A stretch of DNA of 64,000 bases from Bacteroidales bacterium (GCA_031276035.1 JAISNV010000044.1:76393-140392), one strand, 5' to 3'; shown: positions 38,341 through 47,615, numbered from the stretch's first letter. The notes: generated from the sequence alone by a model not told the origin. Made by a program: numbers and translations.

Positions 38341-38712
38341 CTACTTTAAAATTATATCGTCGCCCGTTATTTCCATAATGGATGATTCGGAATCAAATCT
38401 ATGAGGAGAAATAATATCTCCATTCATAATTGATGTTTCACAGATTTGTCCTAATTCATCATAAGTAATAACCACTACAGGGAAATTAGGGCCGCTGTTA
38501 AAAAGGAGATTCCATATATCCTTTAGTTTTCCTTCAATTGTTGCGCAAATATTAAACCTGAAACCGGGACACAACTTTATGTCTCCACTTGGATTAAATG
38601 TTGCACCTGCTCGGCCGTAAAGATGTACTTGAATATATTCCGGCTCTTGTGCATAAGAATCTAGGACCGATATGAACAATCCAAAAATTATAAATAAAAT
38701 AATTTTCTTCAT
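38341..38712 (-). CDS. Small secreted Cys-containing protein, paralogue of 38727-39059
   Basis: 123 aa with a signal peptide (..DSYAQE). VHLYGRAGATFNPSGDIKLCPGFRFNICATIEGK aligns with ITIYGKGGATGTSGSGGTEVKVCTQAGDAVCATVTIE. Confidence 0.6.
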   Translation of the reverse strand: MKKIILFIIFGLFISVLDSYAQEPEYIQVHLYGRAGATFNPSGDIKLCPGFRFNICATIEGKLKDIWNLLFNSGPNFPVVVITYDELGQICETSIMNGDIISPHRFDSESSIMEITGDDIILK

Positions 38713-38726
38713 AATAGATTTATATT

Positions 38727-39059
38727 TTAATCAGAAGTATTATTTTCCGGTACAATCAACTGATTTAATGGAATGTAGTATGTTTTATTATCCTCATAAG
38801 TATAAATTGTTACAATCGTATTATCATTGTCAGATGAATTTTCCTTTATGGGCAGCTCGATTGTAACTGTTGCACAGACGGCATCACCTGCTTGTGTGCA
38901 TACTTTTACTTCAGTACCTCCGCTGCCTGAAGTTCCGGTTGCACCGCCTTTACCATAAATAGTAATGACAACCGGACCGGCATAAGAAGACCCGATAAAT
39001 GAAAATAATATAATTAATACTACCGTTGCATTTCTTAATTTTTTCTTAATATTTAACAT
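38727..39059 (-). CDS. Small secreted Cys-containing protein, paralogue of 38341-38712
   Basis: 110 aa with a signal peptide (..SSYAGP) and a Gly/Ser/Thr-rich segment bracketed by two Cys. The next gene follows after a 14-nt gap. Confidence 0.6.
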   Translation of the reverse strand: MLNIKKKLRNATVVLIILFSFIGSSYAGPVVITIYGKGGATGTSGSGGTEVKVCTQAGDAVCATVTIELPIKENSSDNDNTIVTIYTYEDNKTYYIPLNQLIVPENNTSD

Positions 39060-39397
39060 AATAATATTTTTTTAAGATTAATAAATGTTTTTTCTTAAAT
39101 TCAACTTTAATAATGGTTGTTTTTATCCGTTACAATACAAGAAAAACGAATTGCAACGGATAAATAAGGACAAGTTTGTTTTGCATAAAAACCAAACATC
39201 GTGAAGTGAGACTAACCATGCTGGTAGAACAAGTATATGTCTTGTGTAAATTGTTATTATGTTGTTCCATAGCTGTTCAGAGGAGGTGTGTAATACATTT
39301 AGTGTATTACGCATAGTGCAATAAATCATTCTATAATACGTACAAAAAAATTGAGAAAGCCGTTCTTTTTTATGATGTAACATATATGTAATATTTG

Positions 39398-39599
39398 CGC
39401 AAATATACAAAAAAAACAATAATAGACAATTTTATAAGAAAAAAAAGGAATAAATATGATATTTTTTAATTTTATCTGTTTTAGTCATATATTATAATCG
39501 AAAAAATAATAACTTAATATTTTAAGCTTTGTTTGAATTTGTCTATTTTATGCCTTTCTCTTTTCATTAATATATTTCTTTAACACGTTTTTATAAATT
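39398..39599. repeat. 202-bp non-coding element, copy B
   Basis: 197/202 identical to 36057-36258. It lies between the divergent ftsE promoter and the promoter of the small-protein operon. Confidence 0.9.
39400..39407 (-). promoter_or_regulatory. -7 box TATATTTG at the left edge of copy B
   Basis: Plus strand reads CAAATATA, in the same position within the element as the copy A box. Confidence 0.45.
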
Positions 39600-39616
39600 T
39601 AATCGAATTTATCTAT

Positions 39617-39624
39617 TAAATTTG
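39617..39624 (+). promoter_or_regulatory. -7 box TAAATTTG for ftsE
   Basis: The box overlaps the track's TTG start at 39622. The ATG at 39640 follows after 15 nt. Confidence 0.5.
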
Positions 39625-39639
39625 CAGAAAAATAATTCG

Positions 39640-40326
39640 ATGCAAAATAATGATGTGCTTATAAATTTGGAATCCATATCTATCGGACGCGATGGTGAGG
39701 ATTTTCTTACCGATATTACTTTCACTCTAAACAAAGGCGAATTTGTTTATTTAGTTGGAAAAACAGGTTCGGGAAAAAGTACTTTTTTGAAAGGTTTATA
39801 TAGCGATATTGATGTCAAGGGGAATAAAGCCAGTGTCTTAGGGTTCGATCTTTTAAATATTAAGCACCGTGAAATACCTTTCCTGCGCAGAGAACTCGGA
39901 ATAGTATTTCAAGATTTTCAATTGCTGCCCGATAGAGATATTGAAAAAAATTTGGAATTTGCAATGAAATCAACTGGTTGGACAGATAAAAAGCTTATGA
40001 CCGAAAGAGCGGAAACCGTGTTAAATCTTGTCGGACTTTACAATAAGCGCGATAAAAAACCTGCATCGCTTTCTGACGGAGAAAAACAAAGAGTTGCAAT
40101 TGCAAGAGCAATTCTTAATAGTCCGAAATTGATTCTGGCCGATGAACCCACGGGAAGTTTAGATCCCGAAACTTCCGAAGAGATAATGAAAGTATTGATG
40201 AATATTAATGAACAAGGAACTGCTGTTTTAATGGCAACACATGTTTATTCATTATTCAGAAAATTTCCGGGCAAAATATTAAAATGTGTCGACGGTAAAA
40301 TCTTCTATGCCGATTTTTCATTATAA
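39640..40326 (+). CDS. ftsE: Cell-division ABC ATPase FtsE
   Basis: Walker A GKTGSGKST, signature LSDGEKQR, Walker B ILADEP. About 228 aa. Confidence 0.8.
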   Translation: MQNNDVLINLESISIGRDGEDFLTDITFTLNKGEFVYLVGKTGSGKSTFLKGLYSDIDVKGNKASVLGFDLLNIKHREIPFLRRELGIVFQDFQLLPDRDIEKNLEFAMKSTGWTDKKLMTERAETVLNLVGLYNKRDKKPASLSDGEKQRVAIARAILNSPKLILADEPTGSLDPETSEEIMKVLMNINEQGTAVLMATHVYSLFRKFPGKILKCVDGKIFYADFSL

Positions 40327-40364
40327 AAACATTAAGTAAAGAAATATTAATCAAAAAAATAGAT

Positions 40365-41168
40365 ATGAATAAAATGAATTTATTGCTTATAAGCAACTCC
40401 ACAGACCCTGAAAAAAATCCGATTCCTAAAGGTGATTATAGAGAAGAATTCGGAGAAAGCAGATATTTGCTTTGGCCATATGAATTTATTAAGAATTTTT
40501 GCCAAAAACATAATGTGAAAAAAGTTTTATTTGTACCGTTTGCAGGTGTAAACCTTAATTCCGAGAGCATACAAAAATCATATGATGTTTACGAAGCAAG
40601 AGTGAAAGATGTTTATGCAAAATTCGGTGTTGAAATTTATTCTGTTCACAAAGAACCCCGCCCGATAGAAGCCGTGATGAAAGCGGAAGCAATTGCTGTA
40701 GGTGGCGGAAATACTTTCTTTCTTGTTAATGAATTACATCGCTTGGGATTGATGGATGCGATTAAAGAGCGCGCCGCTAACGGAATGCCGTACATGGGTT
40801 GGAGTGCCGGCTCCAATATTGCTTGTCCGACTATAAAAACCACAAACGATATGCCTATAATTGAGCCTGAAAGCTTTGAAGGTATGAATCTAATCCCGTT
40901 CCAAATAAATCCGCATTACCTTGATGCAAATCCTGAAGGTCATGGCGGCGAAACCCGTGAAGAACGTATTATGGAATTTTTAACCGTTAATAGAAATATA
41001 AAAGTTGTCGGCTTGCGTGAAAGATGTTTGCTGCATATTGAGAACGGTAAGCTAATGTTTAAATTCAAAGATAAAGACTCGAAACCGGGACCTTACACAT
41101 TGAGAATTTTCGAATTTGGAAAACCTGCCGTAGAAGTGGATGCCGAGAATGTGGCTAAAGTATTGTAA
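40365..41168 (+). CDS. Peptidase S51 family, dipeptidase E-like
   Basis: LLLISNS N-terminus, GGGNTF, and the nucleophile region GWSAGSN. Confidence 0.6.
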   Translation: MNKMNLLLISNSTDPEKNPIPKGDYREEFGESRYLLWPYEFIKNFCQKHNVKKVLFVPFAGVNLNSESIQKSYDVYEARVKDVYAKFGVEIYSVHKEPRPIEAVMKAEAIAVGGGNTFFLVNELHRLGLMDAIKERAANGMPYMGWSAGSNIACPTIKTTNDMPIIEPESFEGMNLIPFQINPHYLDANPEGHGGETREERIMEFLTVNRNIKVVGLRERCLLHIENGKLMFKFKDKDSKPGPYTLRIFEFGKPAVEVDAENVAKVL

Positions 41169-41237
41169 ATACCGAAGTCACAAAGACAAAAATCATAGAA
41201 GTTATTTTTGACTCTATTTTGTTAAGGTATAAAAACC

Positions 41238-42353
41238 TTAATAAAGTTTAATATAGCATCTCTTCCGCTTATTCATCACATGATTAAAACTTTTCCAATT
41301 CTGAATGGCTTTTTGGTTGGTTTCAATCATTCCTGTTGTATCTACAGTATATATTTCTCTGGCAATGCAGCGTTTATAAACCTCCGTGATAAGCATGCTG
41401 GGAACCCCTTTGCTTTGGTATTCGGGATGTACGCCGGTGAGAAAGAGGTCAATGGTATCATTGTGTTTTCTGCTTCTGATCAATGAAATGAGAGCCCTTA
41501 AATTTAATTTTCCATTGGCGATTCTCATGGTTTTTGTTAATGATGGAACAGGTATGATAAAACCTACAATTACATTTTCTTCATTAAAAACTACATGTAC
41601 GAATTCAGGATTTATTACCGGAATATATGAGTCGAGAATATGGTTAATCATTTCATCATCAAAAGGAATAAAAGAAAAAAGATCGTCGAAAGCTACGTTT
41701 AACACTTGAAAAATTTCCTTTCCGTATTTTCGCATTTGTTTTTTGCTTTTCATTTGTTCGATGCGAAGTTTGTATCTTTCACCGACAATAGAAGATAATC
41801 GTGCGGCTTTTTCCGGAATTTCTTTCTCAAGGAATAAATTAAATTCTAACCAATCTATTAGTTTTTCGTAACCTAATCTTTCGAAATGATTTTTATAATA
41901 GGGGAGATGATATACCGATGCCACCGACGGCTCCTGATCAAAACCTTCTACGAGGAGAGCCTGTGTATCTATATTTGAAAATCCGAGCGGACCGGTTATA
42001 CCCGACATTCCTTGAGAGATAATCCAATCTTCGGCAGTTTTAAAAAGCAAATCTACGGCTTCATTATCATCGAAAAACTCCGGGCGGGTTATTCTACCGT
42101 AATTTTCTCCCGTTTTCTTATTGTACAGATGAGGTATAATCGCACCAATTCTACCGACGGTTTTCCCGTCTCTTTTGACAATCCAGAATTTGGAATCAGC
42201 TGTTCTGCGGTATGGATTTTTTTCAGGGTCAAGAATGTTCATTTCACCGCCGCTTAATTGCGGAATCCAAAATTTATTGTTTTTGTAAATTTCAAAAGGA
42301 AGATTAACAAATTCTTTACGTTCATCTTTGGTTTTTACTTCTATAATTTCCAT
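41238..42353 (-). CDS. GNAT-like acyltransferase family protein (uncharacterised)
   Basis: 371 aa. N-terminal KEFVNLPFEIYKNNKFWIPQL resembles a Bacteroidetes GNAT-annotated family, as recalled. C-terminal TGVHPEYQSKGV is a GNAT-like acetyl-CoA loop. Confidence 0.5.
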   Translation of the reverse strand: MEIIEVKTKDERKEFVNLPFEIYKNNKFWIPQLSGGEMNILDPEKNPYRRTADSKFWIVKRDGKTVGRIGAIIPHLYNKKTGENYGRITRPEFFDDNEAVDLLFKTAEDWIISQGMSGITGPLGFSNIDTQALLVEGFDQEPSVASVYHLPYYKNHFERLGYEKLIDWLEFNLFLEKEIPEKAARLSSIVGERYKLRIEQMKSKKQMRKYGKEIFQVLNVAFDDLFSFIPFDDEMINHILDSYIPVINPEFVHVVFNEENVIVGFIIPVPSLTKTMRIANGKLNLRALISLIRSRKHNDTIDLFLTGVHPEYQSKGVPSMLITEVYKRCIAREIYTVDTTGMIETNQKAIQNWKSFNHVMNKRKRCYIKLY

Positions 42354-42626
42354 AGTACAAAAGTAATGAAAAAATAGTAATAAAGAATTGTTTCAAAGAG
42401 TCAAATAAAAATGTATAATACGGTTTTGGAACTTTCTGTGAAGTTTTTTGTAGCGAAATAAATATTGATTTTCAAATTAAAATTATTATAAGTAAATTAT
42501 TTAAATAAGATTTTGGAAACTGTAAATTATTTGCCGGATGTGTTTTATATGATAGAAATACGAACACTATTAATTAACAAAAAATAAATTTTTCATTCAA
42601 ACATTTGTCGATTCAAAAAGTTTTTG

Positions 42627-42634
42627 TACTTTTG
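42627..42634 (+). promoter_or_regulatory. -7 promoter box TACTTTTG for rpsF-rpsR-rplI
   Basis: ATTCAAAAAGTTTTTGTACTTTTGCAGCCG. Confidence 0.6.
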
Positions 42635-42689
42635 CAGCCGATTTTGTTTAAAAAAATTAAAATAAATATTAATTAATTATCAGAGTACT

Positions 42690-43067
42690 ATGCAAAGACA
42701 GTATGAAACCGTTTTCATTATGACTCCCGTTTTGTCTGAAGACCAGATGAAGGAAACGGTAAAGAAGTTCAGAAATTTTCTGACTGAAAAAGGAGCAGAA
42801 ATTGTACATGAAGAGAATTGGGGATTACGCAAATTAGCGTATCCGATTCAAAAGAAAAGTACAGGTTTTTATCAACTTTTCGAATTCAAGGTAGATCCGA
42901 CTGTGATTAAGCCTTATGAAGTCGAATTTAAACGCGATGAACGTATTATACGTTTCTTAACAATTTCTTTAGATAAACATGCAATAGCTTACAATCAAAA
43001 GAAACGCGATAAAAAAGCTGCGGCTAAAGATGTGAAAGAACCTTCAGGTGATAGAATTGAACTTTAA
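42690..43067 (+). CDS. rpsF: 30S ribosomal protein S6
   Basis: [19 protein letters not shown]... is canonical bS6. Confidence 0.93.
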   Translation: MQRQYETVFIMTPVLSEDQMKETVKKFRNFLTEKGAEIVHEENWGLRKLAYPIQKKSTGFYQLFEFKVDPTVIKPYEVEFKRDERIIRFLTISLDKHAIAYNQKKRDKKAAAKDVKEPSGDRIEL

Positions 43068-43085
43068 CCTTAAAATTGATTTGTT

Positions 43086-43355
43086 ATGGCTATGCAAAAT
43101 AATGATGTAAAATACTTAACCCCAATTGCGGTTGATGTTAAAAGAAAAAAATATTGCCGTTTTAAAAAATTAGGCATTAAATATATTGATTATAAAGATC
43201 CCGATTTCCTTTTGAAGTTTTTAAACGAACAAGGAAAAATATTACCGAGAAGAATTACCGGTACATCTAATAAATTCCAAAAGAAAGTTGCTCAGGCTGT
43301 TAAAAGAGCCCGCCATCTTGCTATATTACCTTATGTTGCAGATTTAATGAAATAA
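43086..43355 (+). CDS. rpsR: 30S ribosomal protein S18
   Basis: KKYCRF...IDYKD...LPRRITG...Q....A.KRAR.LA.LPY. Confidence 0.93.
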   Translation: MAMQNNDVKYLTPIAVDVKRKKYCRFKKLGIKYIDYKDPDFLLKFLNEQGKILPRRITGTSNKFQKKVAQAVKRARHLAILPYVADLMK

Positions 43356-43367
43356 GAAGGAGATTTT

Positions 43368-43823
43368 ATGAAAATTATTTTAAAACAAGACGTACAAGGA
43401 CTCGGTTACGAGCATGATGTGGTTACGGTAAAACCCGGTTACGCAAGAAATTATTTAATTCCCCAAGGGATGGCAATTACTGCTACTCCTTCAGCTATTA
43501 AAGTTCGCGACGAAGTTGTTAAGCAACAATCTCATAAAAGAGACAAACAAATAAAGGATGCTAACGATTTTGCTCAAGCATTAAATAATATTACAGTTAA
43601 GATAGCGGTTAAAGCAACTGACGAAGGTAAAATCTTCGGTTCTGTTACTTCAGCTTCTATTGCAGAAGCAATTAAGGAACAATTTAAATACGAAGTTGAT
43701 AAAAAACAAATTAATTTATCTGAAGATCGTATTAAAGAACTTGGTGAATATACTGCCACTGTAAATGTTTTTAAAGACGTTAAGGCTAATGTAAATATTG
43801 TTGTTGAGAAAGAAGCAGAATAA
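43368..43823 (+). CDS. rplI: 50S ribosomal protein L9
   Basis: MKIILKQDVQGLG...VKPGYARNYLIPQG. Confidence 0.93.
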   Translation: MKIILKQDVQGLGYEHDVVTVKPGYARNYLIPQGMAITATPSAIKVRDEVVKQQSHKRDKQIKDANDFAQALNNITVKIAVKATDEGKIFGSVTSASIAEAIKEQFKYEVDKKQINLSEDRIKELGEYTATVNVFKDVKANVNIVVEKEAE

Positions 43824-43858
43824 TTCTGTGTAATTTCAACAAATATTTTGAAATATGA

Positions 43859-43893
43859 AATTGCGGGTTACGAAAGTAGCTCGCAATTTTTTT
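43859..43893 (+). terminator. Rho-independent terminator after rplI
   Basis: AATTGCGGGTTAC-GAAA-GTAGCTCGCAATT followed by a T-run. Confidence 0.75.
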
Positions 43894-43917
43894 GTTTGAC
43901 GTAGTATGTTGATAATT

Positions 43918-44910
43918 TTATTTTTTTATGACTTTAACCGTTTTCCCATCTATTGACAAAAAATAAAAGCCCATTGGATAATTTGACAAATCTATTTCCG
44001 TATTTTTGATTTGCTGTAACAATCTGCCGTTTAAAGAATAGACTTTAACTGCAGGGATAATTCCATTTCCTGTTTCTATGTAAACATAGTTACTGGTTGG
44101 ATTAGGATAGATATTAAAATTTGCTGAAAGGTTTTCTGAAATGCCACCGGGCTTAGTTAAATCAAATCCGGCTATTACTAAAGCAGTATAGTCGGGATGT
44201 GTAATTATGGCATCATTAGTCATGTATACGCGATATTCTCCATCCTTTATAAAAGTAATAATGCCATTATCAATAGTATAGTCAATATCTATTGTAGCTT
44301 GCTCAAATTCATTATATATAACAAAAACAGTTTCTGCACCTCCAAATAAGTTTTGATCCGAAAAATCAACCAACGTGCCACCTGTTAAAGGTTGGTACGG
44401 CAAAAATTGAGTGCCAAATAATTTTCCGCTTTGATCTTTTATAATTAAATGCGCTGCATATAAATCAGATAGTTTTAGACTGTTGTTCTGGCAGGATAAA
44501 TATGCTAAATCTGAGCAACCTTCTATTGATAAACCGGTTATTTGAAAAGATACTACATCATCAGCAAAATAAGTATTGCAATCAAAATAAGTAAACTTAC
44601 AATCGGCATTGGAAGCAGCAATTGTAACTGTACAACTATAATCATAATAGTCATAACTATGATACAAATGTATATTTGCGTCGCCTAAACCAACTATTGT
44701 TTCAATAGGAGAGTCATCACCCCATTTAATAGAAAATTGCTCGCCGTTTGTAGCTTTAATATCAAATTCTCCATAACTAAGTTTAGCGCCAATACTTCGA
44801 TGACTACTTTGCCATGTGAATGTTATACTATCTTGGGCTGTTAATTGTATGTGTGATATTAATATAAAAATTAGTATCAAATATTTTTTTGAAAATTTGT
44901 TTGAATTCAT
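43918..44910 (-). CDS. Secreted protein with a T9SS type A C-terminal sorting domain
   Basis: 330 aa with a signal peptide and PKD-like WGDDSPIE...HLYHSY. The C-terminal FNIYPNPTSNYVYIE...VKVYSLNGRLL...GFYFLSI is a Por tail. Confidence 0.75.
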   Translation of the reverse strand: MNSNKFSKKYLILIFILISHIQLTAQDSITFTWQSSHRSIGAKLSYGEFDIKATNGEQFSIKWGDDSPIETIVGLGDANIHLYHSYDYYDYSCTVTIAASNADCKFTYFDCNTYFADDVVSFQITGLSIEGCSDLAYLSCQNNSLKLSDLYAAHLIIKDQSGKLFGTQFLPYQPLTGGTLVDFSDQNLFGGAETVFVIYNEFEQATIDIDYTIDNGIITFIKDGEYRVYMTNDAIITHPDYTALVIAGFDLTKPGGISENLSANFNIYPNPTSNYVYIETGNGIIPAVKVYSLNGRLLQQIKNTEIDLSNYPMGFYFLSIDGKTVKVIKK

Positions 44911-44937
44911 GTTAAATAATTTTTAAAGTTAAACATT

Positions 44938-46053
44938 TCAATTACAAGAAGTTGCTGTTTCTATGTTCAAAACACTGCCTGATTGCACTTCTAATGCTCC
45001 ACTTATGATAACTTCTTCTGCATTTATAAATAAGGCACTATTATTTCCAACCACAATATTGCTTGTAGAAGGAATTGTAATGTATTTTGCAATATAAGCC
45101 TTATTTGTTGTAAAACCGGTAATATTCAAAGATTGGGTTTTATATTTACAATTTCTATAAGATTGCTTAATGCCATCTATACGCTCATGCATTCGAAAAA
45201 TTTGCATCGGACTCAAAGCTATTTGACCAGCACAATAATCCATTAAATTATTTGAACCGGATGAACAATTCCAACAACATGGATCATTATATCCATTATT
45301 TTTCAACCAACCGTATGTTGGTGTGTCATCAATCCCATCACAATTTGAAGTCATATTTCCACAACAATCTTGAATTGTATGCCATGTCAAACCTAGGAAA
45401 TGTCCAATCTCATGATTTACAAGCGAGGAAACACGGGAACACAACCATATATCATTTAGATCTATATAACGTTTATAGTTTAAATAACCGGTAGAAATAT
45501 TAATTCTACCATTATAACAGCCCCCAGTTCCATCTTTTGTAATGAAAATGTTAAGGACTTCTCCAGATGATATTATCTCACAATTCTCTAAATACGAATC
45601 AGGGGGAAAGCTACAATTTACATATTCATTATAAGCAGAGGTATTTCTATGAAAAAATACGCCACACAGCTGAAGTTGTATTTTTTTTTGTAGCGCAGGA
45701 ACCGGAGGATTTGGCATGTGTTGAAGAAGCTCGTTTCTATTCCAATGGCTATTGCACCATTTTACCATGTCGTCTGCGTACATATACCCATTATAAGGTC
45801 TATTTGAGTAGTTGTCACTCGTTTCATTAAAATTGCCGGTGCCATCATCCTTTAAAAAATAGTGAAAGTTTACGCGAATTACCTTTACCGGTCCATCAGG
45901 ATCATATTGATAGGCAGCCGATTCCCTATCTTCATTTGTGGAATTATCAAAAGAAGTTAGACATTTATTATATTGGACATTCGATAAATCATCTTGAGCA
46001 TACAATAAGTGCTTGCCCAACATTATTAAAACTATTAATATTATTCTTTTCAT
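44938..46053 (-). CDS. Secreted M43 (pappalysin/ulilysin-like) zinc metallopeptidase, variant motif
   Basis: HEIGHFLGLTWHTIQDCCG...CDGIDDTPTY. The metzincin motif carries one extra residue before the third His. Confidence 0.7.
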   Translation of the reverse strand: MKRIILIVLIMLGKHLLYAQDDLSNVQYNKCLTSFDNSTNEDRESAAYQYDPDGPVKVIRVNFHYFLKDDGTGNFNETSDNYSNRPYNGYMYADDMVKWCNSHWNRNELLQHMPNPPVPALQKKIQLQLCGVFFHRNTSAYNEYVNCSFPPDSYLENCEIISSGEVLNIFITKDGTGGCYNGRINISTGYLNYKRYIDLNDIWLCSRVSSLVNHEIGHFLGLTWHTIQDCCGNMTSNCDGIDDTPTYGWLKNNGYNDPCCWNCSSGSNNLMDYCAGQIALSPMQIFRMHERIDGIKQSYRNCKYKTQSLNITGFTTNKAYIAKYITIPSTSNIVVGNNSALFINAEEVIISGALEVQSGSVLNIETATSCN

Positions 46054-46068
46054 AGTTATGACTTTGGT

Positions 46069-47265
46069 TTAGTTAGTAACAATCATCATTTTAGCTTCGC
46101 TTGCTTTTCCATCTCCAATTAATAAATAAGTATATGTCCCTGAAGATAATTGTCCGGATTCTATTATCACATTTACCGTACCACGTTCAGAAACAGTAAA
46201 GCATTTAATTTGGGTACCTTGCATATTGTACACGCATAATTGCACTTTTTTGATCTTTTGCGGAATATAGCATGTAATAGTAGTACTCATATTAAAAGGA
46301 TTAGGGGCGTTTTGATAAACTTTCATCTCTTCATTATGGGTATTCTCCTGAGTAGCAAGGTTAAGAGACTGAGCGCTTTTACTATCAATATCATCAATAA
46401 AATTAGCTTTTCCTGTTTCGTACAAAAGATTTAAAGTTTCTTTTAAAATGTTTATTTCTTTCTTTTGATTCTCAATCATATTTTGCTGTTCTTGTAACCC
46501 AGTTACAAGCAAAGGAATCATGCCTATATAATCAATAGATAACATACCTTCATCATCCGCATAAACTAAATCAGGGAATAGTTTTTGCACGTCTTGTGCT
46601 ATAAAACCATAAAAACGTCTATTTAGCAAATACTCATTTGTTCTAGGAGCTTTACTAATCTCAGATTTTAAAGATTCAATAATATCCGGACTTTCATTCA
46701 GAAATTTTTCAGGAATCTTCTCTTCTTTTTCTTCTTCTATCATGTTATAACTCACGCCTTGTAGCCGTTTTAGGTAATCGAGTGAATTTGTAAGATCTTT
46801 AATATTTTCTTTCATCTTAATATCAGAACCTAAAACGATATTTCCATTAACCTTAAGCTGCCTGATAGAACTAGATGAACCTATTTCCAAAGCTACACCT
46901 GGGTTAGGATTAAAAATACCTGTATTTCCGTTTGCCCTCACGGTAAAACAGCTATACCATGCAATGGCAGAAGTGGACATGAGTGAAAAAATACCTGGGT
47001 TATTCGGTTGATTCTGATAAAAAGCTCCCCAAATAAGATCGCATCCGTTGCTCAATGTAGTAGTAGAGTTCCTTGTGATAATAGATGCACCATCCGTGTT
47101 TCGAAGATTGGTAATTATGGTTTGGGCATTTATATCAACTTGCGAACTTGTGCCTACAGTTCCGGTTGCTTTTATTATCTGGGCATTTGTTATGATGCTC
47201 AATATGGTTAAAATGGATATTAAAGCTGTTTTTTTACTAATGGCTAACAATTTTTGTTTTTTCAT
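46069..47265 (-). CDS. Tail-fibre / peptidase S74 intramolecular-chaperone domain protein with a T9SS type A C-terminal domain
   Basis: SDIKMKENIKDL...LQGVSYNM...YGFIAQDVQKLFPDLV...LSIDYIGMIPLLV..LQEQQ is S74 chaperone-like. The C-terminal YQNAPNPFNMSTTI...YNMQG...SGTYTYLL is a Por tail. Confidence 0.7.
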   Translation of the reverse strand: MKKQKLLAISKKTALISILTILSIITNAQIIKATGTVGTSSQVDINAQTIITNLRNTDGASIITRNSTTTLSNGCDLIWGAFYQNQPNNPGIFSLMSTSAIAWYSCFTVRANGNTGIFNPNPGVALEIGSSSSIRQLKVNGNIVLGSDIKMKENIKDLTNSLDYLKRLQGVSYNMIEEEKEEKIPEKFLNESPDIIESLKSEISKAPRTNEYLLNRRFYGFIAQDVQKLFPDLVYADDEGMLSIDYIGMIPLLVTGLQEQQNMIENQKKEINILKETLNLLYETGKANFIDDIDSKSAQSLNLATQENTHNEEMKVYQNAPNPFNMSTTITCYIPQKIKKVQLCVYNMQGTQIKCFTVSERGTVNVIIESGQLSSGTYTYLLIGDGKASEAKMMIVTN

Positions 47266-47615
47266 TTTTCAATACCCTATTTGTGTCGGGCCTAACTTTT
47301 AAATTATTAATTTGTAGTGAATTCTATATTCATTGTCTTATTTTTCTGTATAATTTTGCTTAAATATGCCTATAAGTAAGTGAATAACCGATTAATACTC
47401 GCCAAAGATAGTTATTATTTATATATTTAGTTGTCTTTTTAGAACATTATTTTTATTGCTTAATGATTTTTTGAGTGTTTATTTATAAGCTATAATTGAA
47501 CTTAGGCGGCTTTGATAAGCCAATCGTCTATTCACCTCAAAATAGATTTATTTCTAAAATTTCCCAGATTAATAATTTTTTTTCAAAAAACTTGCTCCAT
47601 TTAAAAAAAATAATA

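Noticed and set aside
39123-39419. A 98-aa ORF in leader B.
   Set aside because: Same reasoning as for the 71-aa ORF. In addition, its start overlaps the promoter box and 202-bp element copy B.
46069-47265. A tail-fibre-like gene, considered as evidence of a prophage.
   Set aside because: There are no neighbouring phage structural, integrase or lysis genes. The protein has a signal peptide and a T9SS C-terminal domain, so it is host cargo.
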